The notes below the pieces were generated by a model. The model saw nothing but the letters and a program-made list of their open reading frames with translations, did not search any database and was not told the origin of the DNA. A program made the position numbers and the translations under genes. A stretch of DNA of 64,000 bases, taken from NCBI GenBank assembly GCA_965223905.1, contig CBDCXV010000001.1, positions 192,001 through 256,000 of the forward strand, given 5' to 3'. How positions within the stretch are numbered: the stretch's first letter is position 1; the number at the start of each line of letters is the position of its first letter. This DNA comes from Candidatus Latescibacterota bacterium (lineage in GTDB: Bacteria > Latescibacterota > UBA2968 > UBA8231). Shown one piece after another: positions 49,298 through 58,935 of this stretch.

Positions 49298-50064
49298 TGC
49301 GGGCTCCGAGAATCTGCGCTCGGCAAAGTCAGCACATCGGGACCATCGTCGGTGACTGCGACGGTGTGCTCGAAGTGGGCGACAGTGGTGCCATCCCGCG
49401 TCGAAGTTGTCCAGCCGTCTTCGGCGACGACTACGTCCGGTTTACCCATACTGAGAATCGGTTCAATGGCGACGACGAGGCCCGGCTGCAACTTCGGTCC
49501 CCGCCCCGGGGAGCCATAGTTTGGAATGTGGGGAGCTTCGTGCAAAGCCCGCCCGATTCCATGGCCTCCGAACTCACGGACGACCGACATGCCGTTGGCC
49601 TCCGCCCGAGACTGGATGGCATGAGAAATATCCGATAAACGTCCGCGCGACCGGGCTTTGCTGATACCGTCATGGAGGGCCGCGCGGGTCGTGTCGAGAA
49701 GATGCTGCTGGGCACTCGTGATGAAGCCCACCCCGAGCGAAAAAGCGCCATCCCCGAAATAACCATCCAGCTTGACGCCGACGTCAACGCTTAGGATATC
49801 TCCGGTGTGAAGCGCTTCGGGCCGCGGGAATCCGTGCACCGCTTCGTCGTTTACGGAAGCACATATGCTGGCAGGAAAGCCGTGATACCCTTTGAATGCG
49901 GGGTGGGCGCCATGGCCTCGGATCGTTTCTTCGGCCAAACGGTCAAGTTCGAGGGTTGAAACACCGGGCCGTGCGGCTGCTACCAGCGCCTGCTGAACCA
50001 AAAACACGATACGGCAACTGGCACGGATCTTCTCGATCTCCTCCGGAGTTCTTATCGTGACCAT
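49294..50064 (-). CDS. map: Methionine aminopeptidase type I
   Basis: CASVNDEAVHG, DVG....GD, GHGIG..LHE.P, IEP, HFEHT. Confidence 0.96.
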   Translation of the reverse strand: MVTIRTPEEIEKIRASCRIVFLVQQALVAAARPGVSTLELDRLAEETIRGHGAHPAFKGYHGFPASICASVNDEAVHGFPRPEALHTGDILSVDVGVKLDGYFGDGAFSLGVGFITSAQQHLLDTTRAALHDGISKARSRGRLSDISHAIQSRAEANGMSVVREFGGHGIGRALHEAPHIPNYGSPGRGPKLQPGLVVAIEPILSMGKPDVVVAEDGWTTSTRDGTTVAHFEHTVAVTDDGPDVLTLPSADSRSPQ

Positions 50065-50229
50065 GGTGTCAAAGGTCCTGCCAGCCGATTGTCGGCACCC
50101 GGGAAAAATTCAACCGGATGTCCATTTGTGGTTGTTTTTAAAGAAGGTTGTGGGACTTTGGCAATTACGGAAAATGTGTGTGGACGGAAATTGTACCGGG
50201 GTTGCTGGAGGTTTGCTATGCTCTGAAGC

Positions 50230-50245
50230 GCTCTATATATTGGGA
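50230..50245. promoter_or_regulatory. Candidate NrdR box upstream of topA
   Basis: GCTCTATATATTGGGA contains a perfect core CTATATATTG. Confidence 0.5.
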
Positions 50246-50342
50246 AAAATGTGGCGGCATTGGCAAAATTGAGGTATCCGACTCAATATGCAGATTTAGA
50301 TCTTATTGGCTTAAAGCATATCAACAACTACGGCACAAGGTA

Positions 50343-52598
50343 ATGGCAAAATCACTCGTTGTAGTAGAATCACCTGCAAAGGCGACCACAATCAACAAGA
50401 TTCTCGGCAAGGACTACCTGGTCAAGTCCTGCATGGGACATGTGCGCGACCTGCCTCCAAAGGAGTTGGGCGTCGACGTCGACAACGATTTCAATCCCCG
50501 GTACGTCACCATCAGGGGCAAGGGAAAGATTCTGGCGGACTTGCGCAAGGCCGCCCGGACAGCGGACGAGATCTATCTCGCAACCGACCCGGACCGCGAA
50601 GGCGAGGCGATAGCCTGGCACGTTGCCCACGCAATCGGCAACAAGGATGACCTTCCGGTCAAACGCATCCTGTTCAACGAAATCACCCCGAAGGCAGTGC
50701 GCGAGTCGATCGCCAAGTCGGGAAAGCTCGACCTCAGAAAGGTCAACGCCCAACAGGCACGCCGCGTGCTCGACCGCTTGGTGGGGTACGAAATCAGCCC
50801 GTTGTTGTGGAAGGTGATACACGCAGGCCTGTCGGCCGGGCGGGTGCAATCGGTCGCCCTTCGTATGATCTGCGAGCGAGATGCTGAAATCAACGCCTTC
50901 GAGCCGCAGGAGTACTGGACGATCGATGCCTTGCTCAAACAGAAAAATGGTTCTGCCACTCTTTCTGCCGAAGGCGAACTTCCTGCCTTCACGGCGCGAT
51001 TGCTGCAGCACCGCAACGAGAAGCTCGTCATATCGAACCAGGAACAGGCGGACGCCATCGTCGCCGATCTGCGCAAGGCGGATTTCGCCGTCAAGCAGGT
51101 GAAGCGGAAAGAGCAGCGGCGGCGGCCCTCACCCCCTTTCATCACCAGCACTTTGCAGCAGGATGCGGCCCGGCGACTGCGCTTCACCGTCAAGCGCACC
51201 ATGGCTGTGGCACAACAGCTCTACGAAGGGATCGAGGTACAGGGGGAGACTCGTGGTTTGATCACTTACATGCGAACCGACTCGGTGCGAGTCTCCGATG
51301 ACGCCATTGCCGAGGTCCGCGAGCATATCGGCAAGACGTACGGAGAGAAGTACCTTCCTTCAAAACCGAATGTCTACAAAACCCGGCGCGGAGCGCAGGA
51401 CGCTCACGAGGCGATCCGACCCACGTACCTGGACCTGCTTCCCGGTGAGCTGAAAAACAGGTTGAGTCCGGACCAGGCCAAGCTCTACACCCTCATCTGG
51501 AAACGCTTCGTCGCTTCGCAGATGGGACCCCAGGTTCTCGATATCACCAGCGTCGACATTTCCGCCGCCGACTATCTGCTGCGAACCACCGGGTCGCGTA
51601 CGAAGTTCCCTGGGTTCTCCGTGCTCTACACGGAAAGCAGAGAAGATGAAGGGGACAGCGAGAGGACCCAGTTCCCTCCCGGAATCGCAGCCGGACAGGA
51701 GCTCGACGCCCTGCACCTGAAGCCGGAACAGCATTTCACCAAGCCTCCCCCTAGGTACTCCGAAGCATCCCTCGTAAAAGAGCTCGAGGCGAAAGGTATC
51801 GGCAGACCCAGCACCTACGCGCAGATCATTAGCACCCTGCAGGATCGGGAGTACGTGGAAAAACTGGACCGCTACTTCGTGGCCACGGAGCGCGGACAAA
51901 CGGTCAACAAGCTTCTTATCGAGACCTTTCCCACCATCTTCGACGTCCGCTTTACCGCAAAAATGGAAGACGAACTCGACCGCATTGAGGACGGCAAGGA
52001 GAACTGGGTGGAGACGGTGCGCCAGTTTTATGGATCCTGGAGCGATTCCTTGAAGGATGCGAACTCGCGACGTCGCGAGCTCAAGCAGTCCCTGCAGGAA
52101 GAGACCGACATTGTCTGCGAGGATTGCAATCGCAAAATGGTTGTGAAGTGGGGCCGAAACGGCCGTTTCCTCGCATGCCCGGGCTACCCGCATTGCAAGA
52201 ATACCAAACCTCTCGAACAGGATCAGGAGCAGGGGCGGACCGACGAAAAGTGCGAGCTTTGCAGCTCTCCAATGGTCGTCAAGACCGGGCTCTACGGACG
52301 CTTTCTCGCCTGCAGCGGATACCCCGATTGTCGCAACGTCAAACCGTACTCGCTCGGGATATCCTGCCCGGAGCAGGACTGTGGTGGTGAAGTGGTGGAG
52401 AAGCAATCCCGAAAGGGGAAGGTGTTCTACAGCTGCAATCAGTACCCGAATTGCAGGTTCGCCAGCTGGGACAAACCGGTGGAAGGTCCCTGTCCTCACT
52501 GCGAAGCGCCGCTCCTGTACGAAAAGAACAGCCGGAACGGGGCGCCGATGCTGCTCTGCCGCGTGTGCGAAAACCGGTTCGAAAACACTGCCGCTTGA
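50343..52598 (+). CDS. topA: DNA topoisomerase I
   Basis: VVESPAKA, ATDPDREGE, SAGRVQS, LITYMRTD, GIGRPSTY, C-terminal Zn-ribbon repeats. Confidence 0.98.
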   Translation: MAKSLVVVESPAKATTINKILGKDYLVKSCMGHVRDLPPKELGVDVDNDFNPRYVTIRGKGKILADLRKAARTADEIYLATDPDREGEAIAWHVAHAIGNKDDLPVKRILFNEITPKAVRESIAKSGKLDLRKVNAQQARRVLDRLVGYEISPLLWKVIHAGLSAGRVQSVALRMICERDAEINAFEPQEYWTIDALLKQKNGSATLSAEGELPAFTARLLQHRNEKLVISNQEQADAIVADLRKADFAVKQVKRKEQRRRPSPPFITSTLQQDAARRLRFTVKRTMAVAQQLYEGIEVQGETRGLITYMRTDSVRVSDDAIAEVREHIGKTYGEKYLPSKPNVYKTRRGAQDAHEAIRPTYLDLLPGELKNRLSPDQAKLYTLIWKRFVASQMGPQVLDITSVDISAADYLLRTTGSRTKFPGFSVLYTESREDEGDSERTQFPPGIAAGQELDALHLKPEQHFTKPPPRYSEASLVKELEAKGIGRPSTYAQIISTLQDREYVEKLDRYFVATERGQTVNKLLIETFPTIFDVRFTAKMEDELDRIEDGKENWVETVRQFYGSWSDSLKDANSRRRELKQSLQEETDIVCEDCNRKMVVKWGRNGRFLACPGYPHCKNTKPLEQDQEQGRTDEKCELCSSPMVVKTGLYGRFLACSGYPDCRNVKPYSLGISCPEQDCGGEVVEKQSRKGKVFYSCNQYPNCRFASWDKPVEGPCPHCEAPLLYEKNSRNGAPMLLCRVCENRFENTAA

Positions 52599-53584
52599 GC
52601 AGTGCCGGCCGAGGCCGCGCGGCCCTGGAGAGCGAACCTCTACCCGATTCTACCGCACGATCCGAGGACGCCCCGAACCCCTCTGCGCCCCTCGAAGACG
52701 GCATCGCCCACTTTCTACATCACCTGCAGAAGAGCGGCCGCCCCGCTTCGACCATTGGTGCATACCGCTCCGACCTGAATCAGTTCGCCCTCTTCGTGCA
52801 TCCGCGAACGGCAGACGCGTCGATCGGTTCCATCGGCCGCGGACTGGTAGGCAAGTTCCTGTGCGAACAAAAACGGAAAAACAAACCTGCAACCGCCCAG
52901 CGAAAACTTTCCGCGGTGAAATCGCTGTTTCGCTTCCTGCGGCGCTCCGGCGTTCGCGATGACGACCCCGCAGCCGGACTGAGGGTCGGCACCAGACCGC
53001 AACCCGTAGAGCCCCGCCTCGGAAAGGAGGCTCTTGCCGAGGTGATCGAAAAAACGCCGGCCGACAGCTTCGCCGCGGTCCGCGACCGCGCTATCATCGA
53101 AATCCTGTACGGAGGTGGGTTGCGGCTCGGGGAGCTGGTCGCGCTGAATCTGACCTCGCTGGAACTCGGATCGGGAATGTTGAAACTCGGCCCGCCGGAC
53201 GCACCGAGGCTCGTGCCGATCGGTTCTCGTGCCGCGGCCACGATGAGGGAATACCTGCTGTGCCGGGCGGACCTTCTGGTCGACAAGGAGATTGCCGGTA
53301 TCGACGCCGGCGCCCTTTTCCTCAACACCTCGGGTAAGCGCCTCCACCGCAGGACGGTGCAACGCATCGTCGAACGCCTGCTGACCTCGGTGAACGGGGG
53401 CGGCCCGCGAACATTGCGGCGCGCCTGCGCCGACCACATGCTCGGAGCCGGTGCCGACGCCGTCGCCGTCGCCGAAATGCTGGGGCGGAGAACCCCTGCT
53501 TCCGCCAACGCCTCCACTGACGATGAAATGGTGCTGCTGGGCCTGCGCACCACCTACGCGGGCAGCCACCCTCGAGACCACTGA
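52595..53584 (+). CDS. XerC-like tyrosine recombinase homologue with degenerate active site
   Basis: TIGAYRSDL, RKLSAVKSLFRFL, RDRAIIEILYGGGLR, terminal HPR; follows topA (TTGA overlap). Catalytic H, H and Y are not present. Confidence 0.8.
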   Translation: MSSAGRGRAALESEPLPDSTARSEDAPNPSAPLEDGIAHFLHHLQKSGRPASTIGAYRSDLNQFALFVHPRTADASIGSIGRGLVGKFLCEQKRKNKPATAQRKLSAVKSLFRFLRRSGVRDDDPAAGLRVGTRPQPVEPRLGKEALAEVIEKTPADSFAAVRDRAIIEILYGGGLRLGELVALNLTSLELGSGMLKLGPPDAPRLVPIGSRAAATMREYLLCRADLLVDKEIAGIDAGALFLNTSGKRLHRRTVQRIVERLLTSVNGGGPRTLRRACADHMLGAGADAVAVAEMLGRRTPASANASTDDEMVLLGLRTTYAGSHPRDH

Positions 53585-53689
53585 CCGGGACATCCTCGAA
53601 GACGAGTACCTCAGCCGCTACGTTCTGTGATTACTCGATCCTGTCCGCCGGCCGGAGCACTGTCCTCCCCTGTCGGCGAGCCTCCCCGT

Positions 53690-55333
53690 ATGCCGCCCTG
53701 CATCCCGGATCCGGGACCACGTCGGCACTGGTTTTCCCTGCTCCTGGTCGCCGTCGCCTTCTCCGGAGCACACTGTGCCAAGGTCGGCAGGCCACCGGGC
53801 GGGGAGGTCGACAGGACGGCCCCGGAAATCGTCGGCCATACCCCGGCGGCCGACGAAACGGAGGTGGCGGTGGAGAGCGCCATCGTTCTCCGTTTCAGCG
53901 AAGGAATGGATCGCAGGCGAACCGAGGAGGCGATCTTCATCGCTCCGCGAGCCGAGCTGGGCTTCCGTTGGAAAGGTCGCACGCTCGAAGCCTCCCCTGG
54001 CCGCCTTCTCGAGAAGCAGACCTACGTGATCACCGTCGGGACCGACACCAGGGACCGGCGCGGCAACTCGCTGCCGGAACCGTACACCTTCGCCTTCGCC
54101 ACCGGGGAGGAATTGAATCAGGGGCGGCTCCACGGCCGCGTCTACGAGGAAGCGAGGCCTGCGGCCGGGGCCCGGGTATGGGCCTACGATGTCCGCCACT
54201 TCGAGGGACGCGCAGGCAGCGATCTCCCAGACTATCAGACGCAAGCCTCGCAGGACGGCTCATACGAATTCAAACGCCTTTCCGCAGGGCGTTTCCTCGT
54301 GATCGCATTTGGCGATAAAAACCGCAATTCGCGCCGGGACGCCGGCGAATCACTTGCCCTGCCCGCCCGCATTCACGACCTCTCGCAGAGCCAAAATGTC
54401 CATGCAGGAGATCTGCTGATGGTCAAAGGACAACTGACCGCCCCCCGGCTGAAGCGGGTACAGGCCCTCGACGAGAACCGACTCCTCCTGGCCTTCGACC
54501 GCGAGGTGAACCCCCTGGACTCCGAAGTTGAAATCAATGGGCTCGAGGTGCAGGCAGTCTATTCCAAGGCCGGCGACCGAACCAGGCTGTACGTCCTCAC
54601 CGGCCCCCAGCAGGCAGGGGCAAAATACCGTTTCGCCAGGCTCGTCGTAGAGAAGCAGCAGGTTTCGTGGGACCAGCCGTGGCGCGCCAGCACCCGAAAG
54701 GACAAGAAGGCTCCTTCCGTGGTCTCGGTTACCCCCTCGAAAATGGGAGCTGCCGGCGATTCACTGGCGCTCGAGTTCGACGAGGGGATGTCCACGGATA
54801 CCCCGGGCGATGATTTCTGGATCGAGACCGACTCGACCACGTCGGTAGACGGTACCTGGAGATGGGAAACTCCGACGCGGTTGGTGTTGGTTCCGCACGA
54901 GTCCCTGAAACCGGGATCCAATTCCCTGCGAGGCCGGCTCGGACATCTGAGCGACCGCGCCGGCCTCGCCCCGGCCGACAGCCTTGTCGAGCTCGACTTC
55001 GAGGTGCTCCCGGCATCCGAGCTGCCGTCTCTCTCCGGGACGGTCAGTGGGGAATCCCTCCTCGATCTGAGCGAAGTGATGGTAGTCGCCAGGCCTGTAT
55101 CGGGTGAGGGCACCTACACCGCCGATTCCGACAGCAATGGAGCCTTCTCCCTCGAGAAGGTGCTTCCCGGAGAGTATTCGGTGATGGCGTTTGCCGACCG
55201 CAACGGCAATCGCGTAGCGGATGCCGGTACCCCGGATCCCTTCACGCCGGCTGAAGCGGTTTCGGTCTCCGCCGACAAGGTGGTGGTTCGCAGAGGACAA
55301 TTGGCCGCTGGAATCGACCTCGAGCTCAGGTGA
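53690..55333 (+). CDS. Ig-like (Big_5/SbsA-type) domain lipoprotein
   Basis: Lipobox-like GAHC-AK..PPGG..D.TAP; FSEGMD; repeated DxNxN motifs. Confidence 0.75.
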   Translation: MPPCIPDPGPRRHWFSLLLVAVAFSGAHCAKVGRPPGGEVDRTAPEIVGHTPAADETEVAVESAIVLRFSEGMDRRRTEEAIFIAPRAELGFRWKGRTLEASPGRLLEKQTYVITVGTDTRDRRGNSLPEPYTFAFATGEELNQGRLHGRVYEEARPAAGARVWAYDVRHFEGRAGSDLPDYQTQASQDGSYEFKRLSAGRFLVIAFGDKNRNSRRDAGESLALPARIHDLSQSQNVHAGDLLMVKGQLTAPRLKRVQALDENRLLLAFDREVNPLDSEVEINGLEVQAVYSKAGDRTRLYVLTGPQQAGAKYRFARLVVEKQQVSWDQPWRASTRKDKKAPSVVSVTPSKMGAAGDSLALEFDEGMSTDTPGDDFWIETDSTTSVDGTWRWETPTRLVLVPHESLKPGSNSLRGRLGHLSDRAGLAPADSLVELDFEVLPASELPSLSGTVSGESLLDLSEVMVVARPVSGEGTYTADSDSNGAFSLEKVLPGEYSVMAFADRNGNRVADAGTPDPFTPAEAVSVSADKVVVRRGQLAAGIDLELR

Positions 55334-55342
55334 CGCAGCGAA

Positions 55343-55693
55343 ATGCGCTACCTCCAGATCCTCGGGGCCCTCTTGATTCTCGGCGTTATCGGAATCATCC
55401 AGTTCTCACGGCTGAAGCCGGAAGAAGCCGGCGAGATCGAGCTGACGGCCCGACTGGAGGCGTTTTACCTGATGCAGACGGAATACCGCAAGGAGCACCA
55501 GGTGTTTTTCAACCCGCAGGCGGAGCCGTACCGCAGCCAGTTGTCCTGGCTGGAGGAATGCGACTGCGAGGTGCGCTGGAGCCGCGAGGGGTTTTCCGTC
55601 GTCGCCCGCGCCGACTTCGACGGGGACGGAATCAGCGGGGTCTGGTACATCGGCCACGAGAGCCCCGAGATCGAGAAGCTGGCCGCGGACTAG
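55343..55693 (+). CDS. Small membrane-anchored pilin-like protein
   Basis: N-terminal hydrophobic helix, amphipathic helix L..FY..Q..Y, then ADFDGDG..VW.I. Confidence 0.55.
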   Translation: MRYLQILGALLILGVIGIIQFSRLKPEEAGEIELTARLEAFYLMQTEYRKEHQVFFNPQAEPYRSQLSWLEECDCEVRWSREGFSVVARADFDGDGISGVWYIGHESPEIEKLAAD

Positions 55694-55718
55694 CGCCAAC
55701 TTTCCCGACGGCAAGCCG

Positions 55719-56612
55719 CTACCGGTCCACCGGGTACACGTGTGACTCCACCCGCCCTCCCTTCGGGTAGGACCCGATTACGGCGACGCTGGCGGCGATT
55801 CCCCCTGCTTCGGCAAGCGCCTGATCGACCGGCTCTTCACCGACAGCCCCCTCAAAGTCGACGTACACGTCGTAGAGGTACGGCTCGCCGAGTCGTTTGC
55901 GCGACTCGACTCTGTGCAGTCGGAGCTGTCTCGATGCCAGGCAGGTCAGAATCTCACCCAGATCCCGGGCAGAATCCGCAAGGCTGATCACGGCGCTGGT
56001 CTTCATGTCGTCACTGCAGCTTTTCCCTGGGGCTCCGGCGACCACGAGAAAGCGGGTGTAGTTGTCCCGGCGCGATTCGATTGCCGAGGCGAGGACCTTC
56101 ATCCCGTGATCCGCGGCGGCCTGCGCCGGTGCGATGGCGGCATCCTCGAGCTGCCCCGCCTCCTTGATCATGGCTACGGCGCCGGCGGTATCGTACACCT
56201 CGTACAGCTCGACACCGTCGAGGGCGGACAGGAACTCCTCGCACTGGGACAGCGCCTGTGGATGAGAAGAGATGCGGCGAATCCGCGACAGGTCGCTGGC
56301 GGGGTTGCCGATCAGGCAGTGGCCGATGCGCAGCGCCAGCTCGCCGACTACCGGCAGCGGACTGCGAAGGAACAGGTCCCAGACCTCGTGGATACTGCCG
56401 GTCAGGGAGTTGTCGACCGGCGCCATACCGAAGGCTGCACTGCCCCCCCTCACCGCCTCGAACAGCTTTTCGAATGAAGAGCAGGCCACCAGGTCGAAGT
56501 TCGGGCCGAAGTATTCAAGAGCCGCCAGCTCGCTGTTGCTGCCTCGTTCTCCCTGTATGGCGATGCCCGTAAGCGATGAGGAGGAGGGCACGGCTCGATC
56601 AGTCCGGATCAT
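55719..56612 (-). CDS. pheA: Prephenate dehydratase (PDT + ACT, no chorismate mutase)
   Basis: IQGERGSNSE, PVDNSLTG, SHPQALSQC, DTAGA, NYTRF, ESR; start ATG 56612. Confidence 0.9.
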   Translation of the reverse strand: MIRTDRAVPSSSSLTGIAIQGERGSNSELAALEYFGPNFDLVACSSFEKLFEAVRGGSAAFGMAPVDNSLTGSIHEVWDLFLRSPLPVVGELALRIGHCLIGNPASDLSRIRRISSHPQALSQCEEFLSALDGVELYEVYDTAGAVAMIKEAGQLEDAAIAPAQAAADHGMKVLASAIESRRDNYTRFLVVAGAPGKSCSDDMKTSAVISLADSARDLGEILTCLASRQLRLHRVESRKRLGEPYLYDVYVDFEGAVGEEPVDQALAEAGGIAASVAVIGSYPKGGRVESHVYPVDR

Positions 56613-56614
56613 CG

Positions 56615-57409
56615 CTATACGGCGATGGCCATCGGAATGGGAGGATGCGGGCGGTAGTTGACCAGCCTGAAGTCTTCGAGGCGGAAAGAGAAGATGTCCT
56701 GGTTGCGGTCCTCTATTACCACCTGCGGCAGGGGGCGCGGGTCGCGGCCCAGTTGTTCGCGCAGCGACTCCACGTGGTTGCTGTAGATGTGAACGTCTCC
56801 GCCGGTCCACACGAAGTCGCCGGGAACGAATCCGCAGACCTGGGAGAGCATCATCGTCAACAGGCTGTAGCTGGCAATGTTGAACGGCACCCCGAGCCCG
56901 ACGTCGCAGCTGCGCTGGTAGAGTTGGCAGCTGAGCTTGTCGCCTGCCACGAAGAACTGGAACAGGCAGTGGCAGGGAGGCAGCGCCATGAGGTCGAGCT
57001 CTCCGACGTTCCAGGCCGAAACCACGAGCCTTCGACTGTGTGGATTGCTGCGCAACATCGCCACGAGCTCCCCGATCTGATCCACGGTCCGCCCGTCCGG
57101 GGCCGCCCACGAGCGCCACTGTTTTCCATAAATGGGACCCAGGTTGCCGGAAGCGTCTGCCCATTCGTCCCAGATTCCGACGGCGTGGTCGCGCAGGTAG
57201 GCGATGTTCGTGTCGCCGCGGAGAAACCACAACAGCTCGTGGATGACGGCGCGCAGGTTCAGCCTCTTGGTGGTCAGGCAGGGAAACCCCTCGCCGAGTT
57301 CGAAGCGCATCTGGTGTCCGAAGACGGCCAGGGTACCGGTTCCGGTCCGGTCCGGTTTTTCGACTCCTTCGTCGAGAATGCGATCGACCAGCTGCAGGTA
57401 TTGTTTCAC
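56615..57409 (-). CDS. thyA: Thymidylate synthase
   Basis: [32 protein letters not shown]; 264 aa from GTG 57409. Confidence 0.98.
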   Translation of the reverse strand: MKQYLQLVDRILDEGVEKPDRTGTGTLAVFGHQMRFELGEGFPCLTTKRLNLRAVIHELLWFLRGDTNIAYLRDHAVGIWDEWADASGNLGPIYGKQWRSWAAPDGRTVDQIGELVAMLRSNPHSRRLVVSAWNVGELDLMALPPCHCLFQFFVAGDKLSCQLYQRSCDVGLGVPFNIASYSLLTMMLSQVCGFVPGDFVWTGGDVHIYSNHVESLREQLGRDPRPLPQVVIEDRNQDIFSFRLEDFRLVNYRPHPPIPMAIAV

Positions 57410-57524
57410 GGGTTTTTCTGCCAGAAAATTGCCATTGGGAGTCGGCCACAATATAGGAAAGCGGGATCGACACGTCCGACACGGGGTCGTGTTCCAACCT
57501 CTCAATCTGCCGCAAGTTCAAGTG

Positions 57525-57552
57525 TTGACAGCACTTCCAGAGCCTGTATACT
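57525..57552 (+). promoter_or_regulatory. Sigma70 promoter of the tRNA pair
   Basis: TTGACA-N16-TATACT, ending 11 nt before tRNA-Cys. Confidence 0.75.
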
Positions 57553-57563
57553 TGCTTTTCCGA

Positions 57564-57637
57564 GGCGGCGTAGCCAAGTGGTAAGGCCGAGGCCTGCAAA
57601 GCCTTTATCCCCGGTTCGATTCCGGGCGCCGCCTCCA
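57564..57637 (+). tRNA. tRNA-Cys(GCA)
   Basis: Acceptor stem GGCGGCG/CGCCGCC, anticodon loop CTGCAAA, GGTTCGATTCC, encoded CCA; 74 nt. Confidence 0.97.
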
Positions 57638-57679
57638 TTTTACTTTTCATGCCGCGCACAGCCCTCGTGCGCACCCGGG

Positions 57680-57768
57680 GCCGGGATGGCGAAATTGGTA
57701 TACGCGATGGACTTAAAATCCATTGGCCGTTTACGGCCGTGCCGGTTCGAATCCGGCTCCCGGCACCA
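57680..57768 (+). tRNA. tRNA-Leu(TAA)
   Basis: Acceptor stem GCCGGGA/TCCCGGC, anticodon loop CTTAAAA, long variable arm, GGTTCGAATCC, CCA. Confidence 0.97.
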
Positions 57769-57916
57769 GAAAAAACCACTGCTCGCGAGCTTCGCAAGCC
57801 TCTGAAAACGAGGCTCCGATCCCTTGCCGCCTGACCTCGGCCAATCCGGCTTGGCGGCGGCCCAACCGTGAAACAGCTGCACTCACCCCTGCAACGGTAG
57901 AAAGCCGAGGCTTGTC

Positions 57917-58792
57917 GTGGACAACCATGTAGGGTTCTTCCTCAACCTCGATCAGGGAAGCATGAGCGACGAGGAAGTCGTAAAGATGCTCGCCGAGACC
58001 GGGTATCAGTGCATCGAGTACGGACTGCAGCACCTCAATCCCCGAACCAGAAGCCCGTCCCAGTTGCGGCAACTGGTGGCAATGACGGAAGCCGGAGGGC
58101 TGACGGTGTCCGAATGGGTGATTCAGCGCGAATTCGTACATCGCGACGAGGCGGTCCGCAGGGATGAGCTCGAGCTGACGAGCGAGTGCATCCGCGCCGC
58201 CGGCGACCTGGGGATCGGGGTGGTCAACTGCTTTACCGGGCCGGCCCCCTTCATGGGTCTGGGAGCACCGGTCCTGCACCAGGAGATCTCCGAAGGGGAG
58301 GCCTGGGACATGGTCTGCAGCGGCTTCGAAGAGATCATTCCCGTCGCGGAAAAGGCGGGGGTCCGGATCGCCGTCGAGGCGGTCTACGGGATGGTATGCC
58401 GCGAATACTACACCCTGGCGGAGCTGCTGCGCCGTTTCGACTCGGACCACCTCGGGGTCAACTACGATCCCTCCCACATGGCGCTCCATTACAACACCGT
58501 TCCCTGGACCGTCCACCAGCTCGCGGAGCGCATTTTCCACTGCCACGTCAAGGATACGGCGGGGGTTCCCGGCAAGGTGTTGGGAGATACGTTCCTGTTT
58601 CCGTTCCTCGGGGAGGGCCGCGTCGACTGGTCCGGTTTTTTCGCCGCCATGAAACAGATCGACTACCAGGGCTGCCTCAGTGTGGAGTTCGAGGCGTTCG
58701 ACTACTTCGACGTAACCCTGAAGAAAGACCTCACCCGCGCCGCGCAGCTGTTCTACCGCGATTTCCAGAGCCTGAACGAACAGTTCGGGTAA
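57917..58792 (+). CDS. Sugar phosphate isomerase/epimerase (xylose-isomerase-like TIM barrel)
   Basis: IAVEA, VNYDPSH, HCHVKD, GEGRVDW, SVEFE. Confidence 0.88.
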   Translation: MDNHVGFFLNLDQGSMSDEEVVKMLAETGYQCIEYGLQHLNPRTRSPSQLRQLVAMTEAGGLTVSEWVIQREFVHRDEAVRRDELELTSECIRAAGDLGIGVVNCFTGPAPFMGLGAPVLHQEISEGEAWDMVCSGFEEIIPVAEKAGVRIAVEAVYGMVCREYYTLAELLRRFDSDHLGVNYDPSHMALHYNTVPWTVHQLAERIFHCHVKDTAGVPGKVLGDTFLFPFLGEGRVDWSGFFAAMKQIDYQGCLSVEFEAFDYFDVTLKKDLTRAAQLFYRDFQSLNEQFG

Positions 58793-58823
58793 ACGGGCTG
58801 ACCGCACCGCGGCGACTGGAGAT

Positions 58824-58919
58824 GGTGTCTGCCTGTTCCAGCGAAGGCAACGCGGCAAGCCGCGGCCGAATTCACGCGGAATTGTGCAAGGCAGGCACCG
58901 GGTGGCCGCTTCCACCCGG
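58824..58919. repeat. Palindrome-rich intergenic element containing a degenerate repeat copy
   Basis: GGTGTCTGCCT/AGGCAGGCACC stem enclosing two hairpins, followed by CCGGGTGG/CCACCCGG; part matches 11308-11343 in inverted orientation. Confidence 0.5.
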
Positions 58920-58935
58920 AACACTTTCCGCGGGG

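Noticed and set aside
50100-50340. AT-rich region with repeated TGTGG as a possible oriC
   Set aside because: No good TTATCCACA boxes; explained by the divergent map/topA promoters.
56613-57797. 692-aa ORF suggesting a long PheA fusion
   Set aside because: The extension overlaps thyA in another frame and both tRNAs; only 55719-56612 is PDT.
57680-57920. tRNA-Leu as an integration site of a genomic island
   Set aside because: No integrase and no duplicated tRNA 3' end seen in the window.
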